Part shown: one piece after another, positions 46,106 through 60,669 of the stretch | How positions within the stretch are numbered: the stretch's first letter is position 1 | How the letters are laid out: each line of letters begins with the position of its first letter | DNA from: the human T2T-CHM13v2.0 reference genome, Homo sapiens | Length of the DNA stretch: 64,000 bases | Assembly: GCF_009914755.1 (NCBI RefSeq) | Contig: NC_060930.1 | Strand: one strand, 5' to 3' | Notes under the pieces: generated by a model | What the model was told of the DNA's origin: nothing | Database searches by the model: none | Seen by the model: the letters and a program-made list of their open reading frames with translations, nothing else | Program-made: the position numbers and the translations under genes

Positions 46106-48953
46106 GTAACTCTGCCTCTTTTAAAAACACAGCCCAGTGGATGCTGAGAAAGACAAAGATAGAGAAAGCAAATGTGGCAATATATTAACAGTTGTTAAAT
46201 CTAGTCAGAAGATCTAAACATTTTTTCTTAGGTTTGATTTTTTCACAATAAAAAAGAATTTATGGGAAAAGGAAGAATTAAATATAGCAACATATAAAAA
46301 TGAATCCTTACTGATCATGGTCTGGCCTCTGACATACCCTCCTTCAGGTGACTACATAGTAGAGAGATGCCTGCTCTCTCCAGAGAAGAACAACCATGTC
46401 TCTGATATGCGGAGAGAGCCAGCCCTCCCTCAGCCGTACATATCCTATTCATTTCAAGATTCATATCCAACAAAAGTTCTGCATAAACAAGGGTCTGCCT
46501 AACCCAGGAGTCTGCCTTCCCTTCTCTGAGAACCACCCTTGACATCTACTCTTATAGAAGGGGGATAAAGAACAGCCACTGGCACCTGAGCTTGTGCTTT
46601 GGGGTCTCATGCCTCATCCCACACTCACCAACCATAGACAGTCAACCCAAATTCAAAGAATCTTTTCTAAACATATTCAATACTGAAAAATCCAGCGTTT
46701 TTCTGTATCTACACATGAATTCTTTTGAAGTATTTTAGCCAAGATGCAATGGATTCAGTCATTTATTTAGAACTGAGAAACTAAATAAAAGAACTTCACA
46801 GTGACATTGCCACTATCTGATATCAAAAGACTAAAACTTGTTACAGCAAACAATTTTGCCTTCTTGGTTCCATATAACGAGATAAGTAGTTTGCCTTAAT
46901 AGTTTTCAGTGCACTTGGGTGGGCCTATTAAAAATACGGTTTTATAGCATCAATTTGCAAAAATATAAGAGGTGGCAAAGGAAAGAATAAAATAATATCT
47001 TCATTTTCTTTTGTCATTCTTAGATCCTTTAGTAGATTATAAGCTCCATGAAAGCAAGACACTTTCCTTTTCCCTAAGCCCTGGACCAGAGAAGGTACTC
47101 AAAAAATATTTGCTTACACACTAACCTAGTCTCTGGATGTGATCTTCTAGAAGAATTCTTGATGTGTGTATGCAAGGAGATGTGTAAAGAATGTTTATTT
47201 CACTATTATTTTTAATTGTAAAAACCTGGAATCAATGTCTTTTAGAAGAATTGCCAAAACCAACCTATTTATGTGAGAAATAGATATATAAAAGCTGACT
47301 GGTATTTAATAGGAAATCATTTATTATTAACATTTTATTTATAGTCATACTGGATATTTATTATTGATTTAAATTGCACATATGATTCAGGTATGGTTAA
47401 GGTCAGTATTTCTGCTTCGTGCTGAAATATTCTCAATTGTTTTGGCTAAATTATACTGTCCATTATGCTGTATTTATATCCATGATGGTATATTGAACAT
47501 TCAAGGGTTACAAAGTAAAAAATCCAAATATTGAAAAAAAACATGATTATTCTGCCCATCTGTCAAAGTTCAGCTTAGATTTCACCTGGTGCGAGGAGTT
47601 TCCCCAGATCTAGTATTTTACTTATCAGAGCTTAGCTGGTATTAGAGTCATTGGGATATGCACCTGCTTTCCCAACTAGATTATAAGACAACACATAAAA
47701 TGAAGACCCAGCATGGAGCTGAGCACAGTGCCTGGCACAGGACAAATAGGCATTTAGTGAACATGTGCTGCTTCCTTCCTCCTAGAGGACAGCGGTGTCT
47801 AACTTATCTTTGCAGGCTTCCCACAACCCTAGCAGTGTCATGTATATGCTCAGAAAACACTTGATAAAGTGGATTGTATTTGATTCCAAATTATCAAGTC
47901 CTAAATGAACTTAAGGTCATGAGATTATGCTTTAGATCTCAGAACACAGACGCTTTTTGATAAATCATTTTTAATAGGGCCTAAAAATGTCATGTGTAAT
48001 TAGGTACTTGATCCATTGTAATAATGGCCATCAGATGACAATGGTGATAGAAAATCATATCTGTTTTATCTGAATTCAGAGATGCAGCACATATCTGTTT
48101 ATCATACACCCTTCACCTTCCCAAAACATGATTACTTGATTCATAAGAATTATAGACACTTTTATGTCACTTCACAGATTCAAACCAGCATACATAATTT
48201 CCTCTTAATTTCATACATATCAAATTCCAGATTGCTTTTATTTGCAACGAAAAAAAAATGTTTTCCACTTTTAATTGCATATTGAGATGAGGGAAAATCC
48301 TGCTGCTTTCAACTAAAATGTAATTTGTTTCTAAATTCAAATTTTACTTTTTCTAGACTGTTTCTGTTAGATTTTGTTTTGCTCTCTACTTCTGTGAGGA
48401 TGACACTTCACTATGTCTTTCTGCCTCAGAAGCCCATTACCATAGCATACTCTTCTCTGAACTTCCAGCCAGCCCCACTTATGATAGAGCAGCCTTGATG
48501 TGTATGCAGTCATTGCTTTCTAGGTCCTCCAGGCTCTCCAGGAATAATAAGGCATCACCTCTTTAGTTCTTCTTCTCTCTCTTGTCATCAGAGTGTTCAC
48601 CAAGGTCACACCATTCTTTATCCCCAGTCCCAGTTTCTCTCCAGCTCATCCTCCTTCTTTATCTACACCACCACTTTGTAGGTTTCCAATCCTTAGTTAC
48701 TTCACACAAAAACTATTATAACAGTGTCTAAAGCAGCGATTTTATGACACATAAACTTCAATGACTCCTCAATGCCACAATAAAATCCGAATACAGCCTG
48801 ATGTATTTATCTCTACTTAAATTCTACTAGAACTTGGGATAAACCTGTTTTTGTTCTACTAATCACTTCAAACTTTAGTTTTCCTTTCTTAGAAACATGC
48901 CTTTTGTTTTGTACACTCAGCTCGAATTTCTTCTCTCCTAAAGTTTTCTCATA

Positions 48954-49104
48954 GGTAGGTATGGTGGCATGTGCGTGTAGTCCTAGCTATTCAGGAGGCT
49001 GAGGTGAGAGATCACTTGAGCCCAGGAGTTTGAGCCTGCAGCAAGCTATTATGGCACCACTGCACTCCAGCCTGGGTGACAAAGACTTTGTCTCTTTTAA
49101 AAAA
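48954..49104 (+). mobile_element. Free right Alu monomer (FRAM/AluJ right arm)
   Basis: Single monomer; near-TSD agttttctcata / agttttttcata. Confidence 0.8.
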
Positions 49105-50580
49105 TTAGTTTTTTCATATGTGTCTTATTTCTCCATCTGGAGTGTAAGTGCTGAGTCTGAGGGGTAGCAGGGAATCTGACACTTAAATTCCCCTTTATCT
49201 TATATACACTTACATGGTGTTCAATACCAAGCAGACACCAAACAAATCATTGTTGTTTTTTTTTTTAATTATTTGTTTTATTGCCATTAAATATGCTGGT
49301 TTCAGGATCTAAAATATTCTCCATGTTTGATTGGGTTTGAAAAAGTAATACAAGAAAAAATAAGAAGTGAATCCCCCTTATGTATTGTCTGTTACTTTTC
49401 AGTCAAATAATTTTGCTTGGATTGTGAATGCCAGTGTGAAAGCAGACCCCAACACTGCATCACAAATGCCTCATTATCCACTCCACAGAAGCACAGCATG
49501 CTGATGCAGTCTTATTCATCAAAGGTATTTCCTGAAGAAGGAAAAAAATCACCATCATTTACGTGCCCATGCCTTTTATTTTGAAACATATGGAATGCAG
49601 GCCTTTGCACATTTTCAGGAATTTACCACAATAGGTGATGCCCAAGCCAATGGTTTTATTGTTATAAAACAGATGAGATGGCTGTTCCCAAACAAAGCTG
49701 AGAACACATGACCAAAACTGTCCCCTGCTCATTACAGTCCCTTTGAAAAATTTACCATCACAATTATCCATTTGTGTTTCATCCCTCTCAGTGAGGATAC
49801 TAGCTTGGACTTTAGCTCTGCTAACTACATCAAGCTAATGTTCTCATTAGCCTCCCAAAATTGTCACCCACGACCATGAGAGAAGAACAGTATGTCAAGA
49901 ACAGTGGAAGGAATACACAATCCAACCTGTGGTCCAAAGGGGAAAAAAATGAAGGACAAGCAACTGAAGCTTTATATTTATTTGTTTGCTTGCTTTGAAT
50001 TTATAGAAGGGCATTATGGAACTATTTTAACAACCACATCTTCTTGATGTTCAAAGTGGCAATGAGTCCTGGACTCTTTAGGGAGAGGTAGAAGACAAGA
50101 CTCATGCTCAGGCTTCTGCTGGCTTTCGGGGGCCTCACTGTTCTTAAATGCCTGCCTTAAAGTTTTGAGACTTTTTCCTACTGTACAACACATAAGATAG
50201 AATTCATGATTTTTTTTTTTTACTTCCTAACTCCTGAGCGCCATTAAAAAAATCATAACTGGAAATAAATAAATTTTGTTAGATCAAGGCATCATTCTGT
50301 AAGAGAAGGCTGTTTACCTGTTTTGCCCATTCTAAGTTATAGAATCTCATCCATAGTAACAGGTAGCATCCAAATTTCTGTAAGCAACAATTCCCAAAAG
50401 TTTCTGATTTATGAGGCTTTTGACAAGGATAGAAGAATTTATTGAAAATGACTTGATTGATTCTAGTGATCAGAATACAAGTGTTTATAATATTGTACTT
50501 TTTTCATCTTATTTCATGTCTTTTCAAAATATTTTTAAATGATTAAGCCTACATTCTTGAATGGAAAATGTATCCAGGTT

Positions 50581-50800
50581 ACAATACCTACGTTTTCACA
50601 CTAACTCAATGGGATGTATCTAGGATTCTGATACTCTTTTTTTTCCTCCTCTCCAATAATCTGGGGATGAGTTTGAAAAAATGTTTAGCCACAATACCTA
50701 CAGTTTTACACCAACTCAATGGGATATGTCTAGGATTCTGATACTCTTCTTTGTTTCCTCTTCATCAATGATCTGGGGATGAGCTCTAAACAATGTTTAG
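50581..50800. repeat. Diverged tandem duplication, 2 x 110 bp
   Basis: acaatacctac..aactcaatgggat..tctaggattctgatactctt..atctggggatgag..aatgtttag at 50581 and 50691. Confidence 0.95.
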
Positions 50801-51177
50801 AACACAAGGTCTGCCCTCAAATGAGTCTTCTTTACTGTGTTCCTCACCATCTGAGCTGGGAGCTCATGCATTTCTGATCATGCAGAATCCTTGCTTTTTT
50901 TTTGTTAACTCCAACAGTGGTTTTGTAATGTTGTTGCTCTGTCTCTTTAAAAGCACATTCTGTTTCTGAGTCTCCTTGGCAGCTGCTTTCCCTTTGTGGA
51001 ATCAGTTTTTCATTGCATTGACAGTGGAATAGAAAATGTAAAGCCTGTTTGATGAGTGAAGTCTCTAGCTTACAGTCAAACTGAAAAGCAGATTCCCACT
51101 TGCATAATGCTTTATACTTCTGTATAATACCATTAAACATCCCTAGGCAACACTAGCTTAGAACTTTGCTTCATGGC

Positions 51178-53866
51178 TGATATGGTTTGGCTGTGTTCCC
51201 ACCCAAATCTCATCTTGAATTGTAGCTCCCATAATCCCTACGTGTCATGGTAGGGGGCCCAATGGGAGATACTTCAATCATAGGGTGATTACCCTCATGC
51301 TGTTCTTGTGATAGTGAGTGAGTTCTCTCAACATCTAATAGTTTTATAAGGGGGTTCCACCTTCATTTGGCATTCATTCTCTCTCCTGGCGCCCTGTAAA
51401 GAAGTGCCCTCCACCATGACTGTGAGTTTCTTGAGGCCTCTCCAGCCATGGAGAACTGTGAGTCAATTAAACCTCTTTTCTTTATAAATTATGCAGTCTC
51501 AGATATTTCTTTATAGCAGCATGAGAACAGACAGATACAGTAAATTGGTAGTGGCAGTGGGGTGCTGCTCTAAGGTTACCCAAAAAGGTGGAAGCAACTT
51601 TGGAACTGGGTAAAAAGCAAAGGTTGCAACAATTTGGAGGGCTCAGAAGGCAGGAAAATATGGGAAAGTTTGGAACTTCCCAGAGACTTGGAGGGCTCAG
51701 AAGACAGGAAGATGTGGAAAAGTTTGGAATTTCCCAGAGACTTGTTGAATGACTTTGACCAAAATGCTGATAGTGATATGGACAATAAAGTCCAAGCTGA
51801 GATGGTCTCAGATGGAGATGAGAAATTTTTGAGGAACTGGAGTAACAGTCACTCTTGCTGTGCAAAGAGATAGATGGCATTTTGCCCTTGCCCTAGAGAT
51901 CTGTGGAACTTTGAACTTGAGAAAGATGATTTAGCGTATCTGGCAGAAGAAATTTCTAAGCACCAAAGCATTCAAGAGAAAGCCGAGCATAAAAGTTTGG
52001 AAAATTTGCAGCCTGATGATGTGATAGGAAAGAAAACCCCATTTTCTGGGAAGAAATTCAAGCCTGCTGCAGAATTTTGCATAAGTAATGAGGAGCCAAA
52101 TGTTAATCACCAAGACAATGGGGAAAATGTCTCCAGAGCATATCAAAGACTTTCATGGAAGCTCCTCCCATCATAGGGCTGGAAGCCTAGGAGAGAAAAT
52201 GGTTTCCTAGGTGTATTAGCCTGTTCTCACACTGCTAATAAAGACATACTCAAGATTGGGTAATTTATAAAGAAAAACAAGCCTAATGGACTCATAGTTC
52301 CACAGGGATGGGAGGCCTCACAATGATGGCAGAAGGCAAAGGAGGAACAAAGGCACATCTCACATGGCAGCAGGCAAGAAAGCTTGTGCAGGGGAATGAA
52401 ACCTTGTGCAGGGGAACTCCCAGCTATAAAACCATCAGATCTCATGAGATTTATTCACTACCATGAGAACAGAATGGGGAAAACCACTCCCATGATTCAA
52501 TTATCTTCACCTGGCCCCACCCTTAACACGTGGGGATTATTACAATTCAAGGTGAGATTTAGGTGGGGACACAGCCAAACCATATCACTGGGCCAGGTAC
52601 AAGGCCCCCCACATGCTGTGTGCAGCCTCAGGACTTGGTGCCCTGCATCTTGGCTGCTCCAGCCATGGCTAAAAGGGGCCAAGGTACAGCTCAGGCCATG
52701 GCTTCAGAGGGTGCAAGCCCCAAGCCTTGGTAGCTTCCATGTGGTGTAGAGCCTGTGGGTACACAGAAGTCAAGAATTGAGGTTTGAGAACCTCTGCCTA
52801 GATTTCAGTGGGTGTATGGAAACACCTGGATATCCAGGCAGAAGTTTGCTACAGGGGTGGAGCCCTCATGGAGAACTTCTGCTAGGGCACTGTGGAAGGG
52901 AAATGTAGGGTCAGAACACCCACACAGAGTCCCCACTGGGGCACTGACTAGTGGAGCTGTGAGAAGAGAACCACCATCCTCCAGACCCCAGAATGGTAGA
53001 TCCACCAACAGCTTGCACCATGCACCTGGAAAGGCCACAGGCAGTCAATGCCAGCCCATGAAGAAGCCAGGCAAGGGGCTGTACCTTTCAAAGCCACAGG
53101 TTTGGAGCTGCTCAAGGCTGTGGGAGCCCACCTCTTGCATCAGCATGACCTGGATATTAGACAGGGAGTAAAATAAAATCATTTTGAAACTTTAAGATTT
53201 AATGACTGCCCTATTGGCTTTCATACTTGCATGGGACCTATAGCCCCTTCATTTTGGCCAACTTCTCCCATTTGGAATGGGTCTATTTAATGAGTGCCAG
53301 TACCCCCATTGTATCTAGGAAGTAACTAACTTGCTTTTGATTTTACAGGCTCATAGGTGAAAGGGACTTGCCTTGTCTCAGATGAGACTTTGGACTTGGA
53401 CTTTTGAGTTAATGCTGGAATGAGTTAAGATTTTGTGGGACTGTTAAAAGTGCATGATTGCATTTTGAAATGTGAGGACATGAGATTTGGGAGGGGCCAG
53501 GGGGAGAATGATGTGGTTTGGCTGTGTCCCTACCCAAAGCTCATCTTGAATTGGAGTTCCCATAATTCCCACATGTCATGGGAGGGACCCAGTGAGGGGT
53601 AATTGAATCATGGGGGCGGTTAACCTCATGTTGTTCTTGTGATAGTGAGTGAGTTCTCATAAGATCTGAAGGTTTTATAAGGGGCTTCTCCCTTCACTTG
53701 GCACTCATTCTTTCTCCTGCCACCCTGTGAAGAGGTGCCTTCTGTCATGATTGTAAGTGTCCTGAGGCCTCTGAAGCCGTGCAGAACTGTGAGTCAATTC
53801 AACCTACTTCCTTTTTAAATTACCCATTCTCGGGTATTCATAGCTGCATGAGAACAAACTAATACA
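51178..53866 (+). mobile_element. Two-LTR THE1 element: LTR 51178-51539, internal 51540-53508, LTR 53509-53866
   Basis: Both LTRs run tgat(a/g)tggtttggctgtg...ataca; TSD atggc/atgac (1 mismatch). Confidence 0.95.
52212..52587 (-). mobile_element. THE1C-like solo LTR nested antisense in the THE1 internal region
   Basis: tgtattagcctg...ggcaaaggaggaacaaaggcac...ccaaaccatatca; TSD ctagg/ctggg. Confidence 0.92.
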
Positions 53867-55151
53867 ATGACCAATATCCTCTAGTTTATACATAAAACAT
53901 ATTCAGGACACAAAGAGAACTTTTATTGTAAAAAAAAAAAAAGAAAACCAGTTTTTATTATTAGATACTATATATGCAGCACTTGACCTTCTTTGAAGCT
54001 GAATCATTTTGTTAATAATATATTAATATACATTTATTACTTAGTACAATTTGAAATAAAAGTAACTCAATTATAAAATTGTAAAAACAAACAGTTCAAT
54101 TTAAGTTTTAATGGATATTGTAATAGAAAACTAGAAAATTCAGTTCAGGTTGAGAGATCAATGTGGAAATAAATTGCAAAGAGTCCATAATTACGTGGAA
54201 GTTTAAACTTGCATAGAGTTATCAAAGGACTGGGCCAACTGAAAAAGGAATTCAATAAGGCTGCACATCAAAGGACATTCTTCCACAGAGAAGAGTGCCC
54301 AATTCTACCAACACAGCAGGTCATCGATGAACAGGATATACCCTGCAACATCATTGCTGTAATGTTTAAGTAATAAGATATTGGGTCATTTATCAAAGAA
54401 TGGTGTTGGTACTAAAGATTAGCAAAACTTTTATACTGAAAAAAAGGCAGGGACATTGAACCCAAAGGTGGTTTGCTGCCACTACAATCACAGCTGCGTG
54501 TCATATCTCTGACCTGCCAATGGTTACCTATCTAATTAACTCATCTATGGTTATGAAAAACAAACTATAGAAACATTAAGGTGACTATGGGTAGATATGT
54601 TTCCCTAGGGGCAAAACTTTGATTGACAAATCTGTTAAAAACATAATTATTTGTCTTTGGAAGAAATTTTTAAACATTCTTCACTGAGATGTTAAATTGA
54701 AAAGATATCAGCTATTTTATTAGGCAATTTCTCAAATTATTCTAATTATCCAAACCTCCCTAATGTCCTTTGATGTTCTTTCTAGTGAAATACTAAATTT
54801 ACACTGCACTCAGAGGTGCAAAGAAAACGTAACTTCTTTCTCTATATAATCTTTCTCTCTATTAATCTTCCTTACATATGTCTACACAATGGATAGTACA
54901 AAGAAACATTAATTTAAGCCCTATTCAGTGCAACAATTTAAACAATTCCTTTAGCTAAATGCTTTGTCACTAAGTAATATGGTTCATCTCTCAGATTCTC
55001 CTCCCTTCTGCTCTGCAAAAGTGGAGAGTAGGTGAAAGAAAAATAATAGGAAATATAAGAGAGGCCAGTTGATGAAGGGGCCTATATGCCATGCTAAGAA
55101 ATTTGGATGATGTTCTATGGACAACAGGAAGTCGTTTTAGCAGTTTTAGTT

Positions 55152-56064
55152 TATAAGTTTGAGTTGGACACTGCTAGTTAGCCAACTCAACATCAATTCC
55201 CACCCTCTTTCCTCCTTGCCCACCTCCAACAATGGAGGCTGAAAAAATGAGACATTCACTTACTAACAGACCTTACAGCTAAGAGTGCTTTTTGACCCAA
55301 TTCTGGCCAATGAACTATAAGGGGTGATAAAAGAAAAACTTCAGCCAAATTAAATTTAAAGGAGTCTAATTGAGCAATGAACGAGCAGCCTTCTGAGCCA
55401 AAGCAGGCTCAGAGACTCCAGCACAGCCACGTGGCAGAAGAAGATTTATGGACAGAAAAAGGAAAGCAATGTATAGAAAATGGAGGTGATGTACAGAAAT
55501 AGCTGGATTGGTTACAGCTCAGCATTTGTGTTACACGAACATTGTTTGAACAGTTGGCTACATTTGCTTGGCCAAAACTCAGTGATTGGCACAAATGTAG
55601 TCTACGATCTGTTTACACCTCTACTTGTTATTATTCACAATGTACAGAAAAACCTTCAGGCTGAACTTAAATATGCTAAGGAGGCAGCTTTAGGCTAAAC
55701 TTGATTTAACAGGGGAAATCTGTTGGGAACCCCCTCTTGAAAGCTTTGTCTCCCTAGAAAAAAGAACAGAATTTCACAAGGCTTTTAGGTATGAAGCCTT
55801 TGAAGTAAGACATGCTACATGGCATTGTAGCTGCTGCCATCTTGCTACCATGAAGCACCAAGCACGAGGGCAAAAATCCAACAGTGAAGCAGAAGTAAAC
55901 AAACAGCCACTTCTTTATGGTATCACAGAAACACTGTACCAGCTCTGGACTGATATCTCCAGACAAATCCTCCTATGTGATGCAAATTATGTTTTATTAC
56001 TTAAATCACAACTAGTTGAGTTTCCTTTTATTTGCAGGTGAGCACAGCATTCAAAATTGATACA
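55152..56064 (+). mobile_element. Old ERVL/MaLR LTR (MLT1K/LTR33-like) split by MER57
   Basis: ccaattctggccaatgaa...gctgctgccatcttgctaccatga...ttgataca. Confidence 0.55.
55325..55711 (-). mobile_element. MER57-type ERV1 solo LTR
   Basis: tgataaaagaaaaacttcagccaaattaaatttaaagg...gctttaggctaaacttgatttaaca; 4-bp TSD gggg. Confidence 0.85.
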
Positions 56065-56079
56065 GTATTATGTATATTA

Positions 56080-56610
56080 CTCTGACCAGAGTGGGGTTTT
56101 GAAAAGGAACAAGACTAGAGTTACAGAAATTATTTACGGAGTTGTTGCAATAATTCAAGCAAAAGATGGAATGGGACCTGAAAACAGAAGGGAAATACAT
56201 AAACACGCAGAAGAAAACAAAATCATTTAACTTTGCTGTAGGAATGGTGTGGGACAGGCAATTAGGTTTTGGCTTGGATTACTGGGCCACAGGACATAAA
56301 AGTAGCAGATTTGAGTGTGAATATGAATTTCATTGTGAGAAATGTCACGTCTGAAGTACCTGCGCAACATCCTGTTTAAGTATCTAGTGGGCAAACAAAC
56401 CTGTAAGTAAGTAAAAACATTTCTATCTAGAGATATCAATTTGGGACTCATTAAGGTCACAGCTAAACCTGCTAAAGTGGAAGAGGTCATCAAGAGAGTG
56501 TGAGGAACTAGAGGAGCCACAGACAAAAGCCTAAAGAACGTCAAGATTTAAGAAGGCAAAAGTAGAATAAGGAGCAAGCAAAGACTGAGAAGAAATACTG
56601 AGAGAGGTAT
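56080..56610 (-). mobile_element. L2 fragment
   Basis: ttgttgcaataattcaagcaaaagatg...agagatatcaatttgggactcatt. Confidence 0.55.
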
Positions 56611-57087
56611 AAAAACAAATAAATAATAAGCACCAGGTCTAAGCAGCCAGAACATCTGAACCAGTTTATCCTGGCTGAGCCTTAGCCTTACACGTAAAAT
56701 TGTCAAAAGTTAAAACTGCCAGAAAAAAATATGAAACTAAACCAAAATTGAATTTACTGCTTAAAGTATTGATTTATTTAAAAGTTTAAAACCTATTCTA
56801 GTGGCTGTTACCATGACTATAGAAGAGGCAGACATTTTCTAACAGTAGGGGATTTTTTTTTTAATTCTCAAAGTTAAATGTTACAATGATTAAATAAGAT
56901 AAAGACTGACATGTGTCCATTGGATTTAGCAATTTAAACTCAGGAGTAATTTTAATGAAGTAGATGAAGAACTAAAATACTACAATTTTATGCTAAGCTA
57001 GTCATGCTTAGAGTCTTCTCCTAGATCAGGAAGCAAAGGAAAAAGCTGTCTCAAGGAAGTTATAAAGGGGAGTGGGAAAGTAAAACT

Positions 57088-57322
57088 AGCATTTATTGGT
57101 AGGCTACCACATGCTAGAAGTTGTGCTAGGCACCTGCCATATGCTATCTCATTTAACTCTCGTAACTATGCCTTAAGCATTCCTCAGGAGCAGTAGTAGT
57201 ATTCTGAGGCTCAGGACATTAAACAACATTTCCAAGGATATACAGCTAGTGATTGGCAGGAAAAGAGCTTGAGACCAGGCTTGTGTCACTTCAAAGCCCA
57301 GGCTTAGGCCATTGCACCACAT
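57088..57322 (-). mobile_element. MIR SINE
   Basis: atctcatttaactctc...ctgaggctcag...ccaaggatatacagctagt. Confidence 0.75.
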
Positions 57323-58273
57323 TGCTACTAAAGAAGAGATGAGGTGAGCTATGAGAAGCACCTCCTCTGTCTCCTCCAGTCTTCCCCTTCTCCTCCTAAA
57401 CTACTCCCCCAAACCCCCTGTAAGACAGTGACCAGGAATGTAGATGCAACTGGAAACTCTGAGAGTACACACCCTGTGAAATATGCCCAAATAAAGCCAT
57501 GGCATTGCTCACAAATGAAGCATGACAGAAGAGCAGGTATTTCTATTCACTCATAATAAATTTCTAAAATATTCAATTTTCCAAATGTTTTATGTAGGTG
57601 GCTATTAAAACTGTGCAACACTTGGCCAAGTGTCAAGCAAGTTGTCTTCTTGACTGACAGCTATTCAAGCATTATTACTTTAAATTACAAAATGACACTT
57701 TCCATATGAGAAATCTACAGCTCATGAAGCAATGTTAACAATCTTAAGGTTGAAGTGAGTCACAAAGTAAACAAAATGCATATTGGTAATTTGGTAATAG
57801 CTTCTTATTATTATTTATACGTCTTAATCCATCCTGGGTTGTACCGCTTTCTTTCTGTGGTACATAGAAACATATGACTCTTGAGCTTCTCCAAGAACTT
57901 TTAGTCTTTGGGGATGCTGCTTTTAAAAAAACTAAAGAGTACATTTGATGAGAATCTATGACATGGCATGCTGGTTCTAAATCCATGCTATTTTAGACTG
58001 CTGTACAGTGTGACCTGTCACAGAAGAAAAACACTAAAACTGAGTTAGCTATCTCCCTGAAGTACCTACATGGGGAATTCTCACATTCCCTCAGAAAATA
58101 TCTCCACTGGTTATGTCATTTACTGAACCATTATCTCCTGACTGTGTCTTGGGGTGATGGTAAGGCATTCAGCTACATCCTGGAATAGTCTATCTTCTCA
58201 TCAAAATGACAGCTTTAAGTAGAAATGATAATCTAAATTTTATAACAGCATGTGAGAAATTCTTCCTTTGTGT

Positions 58274-58769
<496 letters not shown>

Positions 58770-60669
58770 TAGGAAGAGACTGGAGGAAACCCAAATATGA
58801 ACAGCTGTAATTAATTCAATAGAGATTATTCACTGAAATGTTCAATCTTCATTATTAGAAACTACCACTCAATCCCATCCCACCAAATTCTGTTCATGAA
58901 TTAGCTAAGAATTTTCCCACTTAAATTAATACTGCCATCGTTCAAAGCATGTCCTATGGGCTGTAATCCTTCTACAGCTGAGTAGCTCCAGATGGGCCCC
59001 TATCAGGCCCCCCAGAATGATTAATTCTACCCAAGGTATGGAGAATAAAGCTTTTTAAAAAAATCATTAAAAGCAAGTCCCAGCATCCAAAAGCACCACA
59101 CTTCTTTGCAAGGAGAGCAAACAGCTTGCTGCCACCTAGACAATAACCCAAGGAAAAGATCTCTTGCCATATGAGATAGGCAGCCTGATACCGGCTGATG
59201 GTAACAGATGGATGTACAGGAATAATTCGGCAGAATGAGAGTCACTCTGGGACAGCCAAGGGAAGGGTCTCCAGGACTGTCAACAGGAGAAGACAGACAG
59301 TGGAGTGGGGAAGGATTTGATGGGGAAAAGTGGTTTCTAAAAACAGATGGGTGTACGTCAGGTTGATTATTGATTAGCAAGGCAACTTTCAAAAGTGAAG
59401 AGAGTATTCTCTCTTTGAGTGTATCTAAAGAAATTCTAGCAGGAGATGTGGAAGGGGTGAAATCATGCCAAGGCAGCACATTATTAAACGGGCCTTGCCC
59501 CAAAGGTTCATTGGATTCCCCTTCATGGAATCCAAAGTTTCAATAAAGCTTTTTGTTCCTCAGAGTGGAGAAGGCAACAAATCAAAACTTCATGCTTCTT
59601 GTGGATATCTCCACCAGTGAAAGGAAGTAGTATGTCTGAGATCCACAAGTACTTGAAGATAACCCAAATGGGTACAATGCAATCTGTCCCTAAGAAATTT
59701 TCCCTGGTTGCCCTTTTTAAAAATCAGAGCCCTAGAGGGGAAAGAATTTGCTATTCAATAAGCCATGGAGAGGATTGTAGGTAAAAGTCATATATCTAAT
59801 AAGAGAAAAGGCTTCTAACATCTCAGGAGGTTATGATGGGCAGCAATTGACATTGAACCCCAGGCTGAAGGCTAGTTGGAGGTTTTAAAACTTTAGCTGG
59901 GGAAGCAATTTCCCCTTAGGTTAGGAAGCCTGGAGGCTTATTGTTTTATTTTCAAATATTATATCTAACAAATGCTGCCATGCAATCAGATAAGTTAAAA
60001 GTCAAAAGAAAACAAAAACAAAACTCAGTGAGCTCCTCAAAAGATTAAATAGGGTTAGAAGTCCACTGAGCCACAGACTACAAGGGCAATCAAGCCAAAA
60101 CTACTGCTTTGATTTTTCTTGTATAACCCTCACATCTCTGACCCATGTAATATTTTAAGCCCTGAATAACTTAAGATTCACTGTTACCTGATTCTAAATA
60201 AGGCTGTTCTTATTGTGTGTCTTTGATTCTTATTTTGCTACTTTTCAGAAAAATGTGTCTTTCCATAGTTAGTTTTTAGGAGGACTGCTATAGATAGAAT
60301 CAAAGATGAATAGCTGTACCTCATATCTATGCCAAGATTGAGACTGAAAACAGGAAATTTTGGTGTTATTGTGTTTGTATTACTCACTCATCTGCTTCAT
60401 CCCTCATGTTTCCAACATAAAATGGAATCATTTGTGAAACTTGAAAATTCCTCTCAAAGTCTTCTATGAAACTGCTATCAACATATAAAGCAGAACTATA
60501 AAGCAACAGCCAACAAATTACATAAAAGAGGTTTTCCTCTCTCTTGAATGTTTGACATTATGGTCTCTTGGCCAGTCATTAGCCCCCAAGGATGGGTCAG
60601 TGATCTTTTAGCTCTGCTTTAGTTAAACCTTCACGTGTTCCTTAGTCATCCCTGAAAAATATTAGAAGA

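Noticed and set aside
51634-51741. 54-bp tandem duplication in the THE1 internal region
   Set aside because: Real, but I recall it as a common THE1-int variant, so probably inherited from the source element
59027-59503. 158-aa minus-strand ORF
   Set aside because: Non-ATG start, no recognisable domain, composition typical of random non-coding frames
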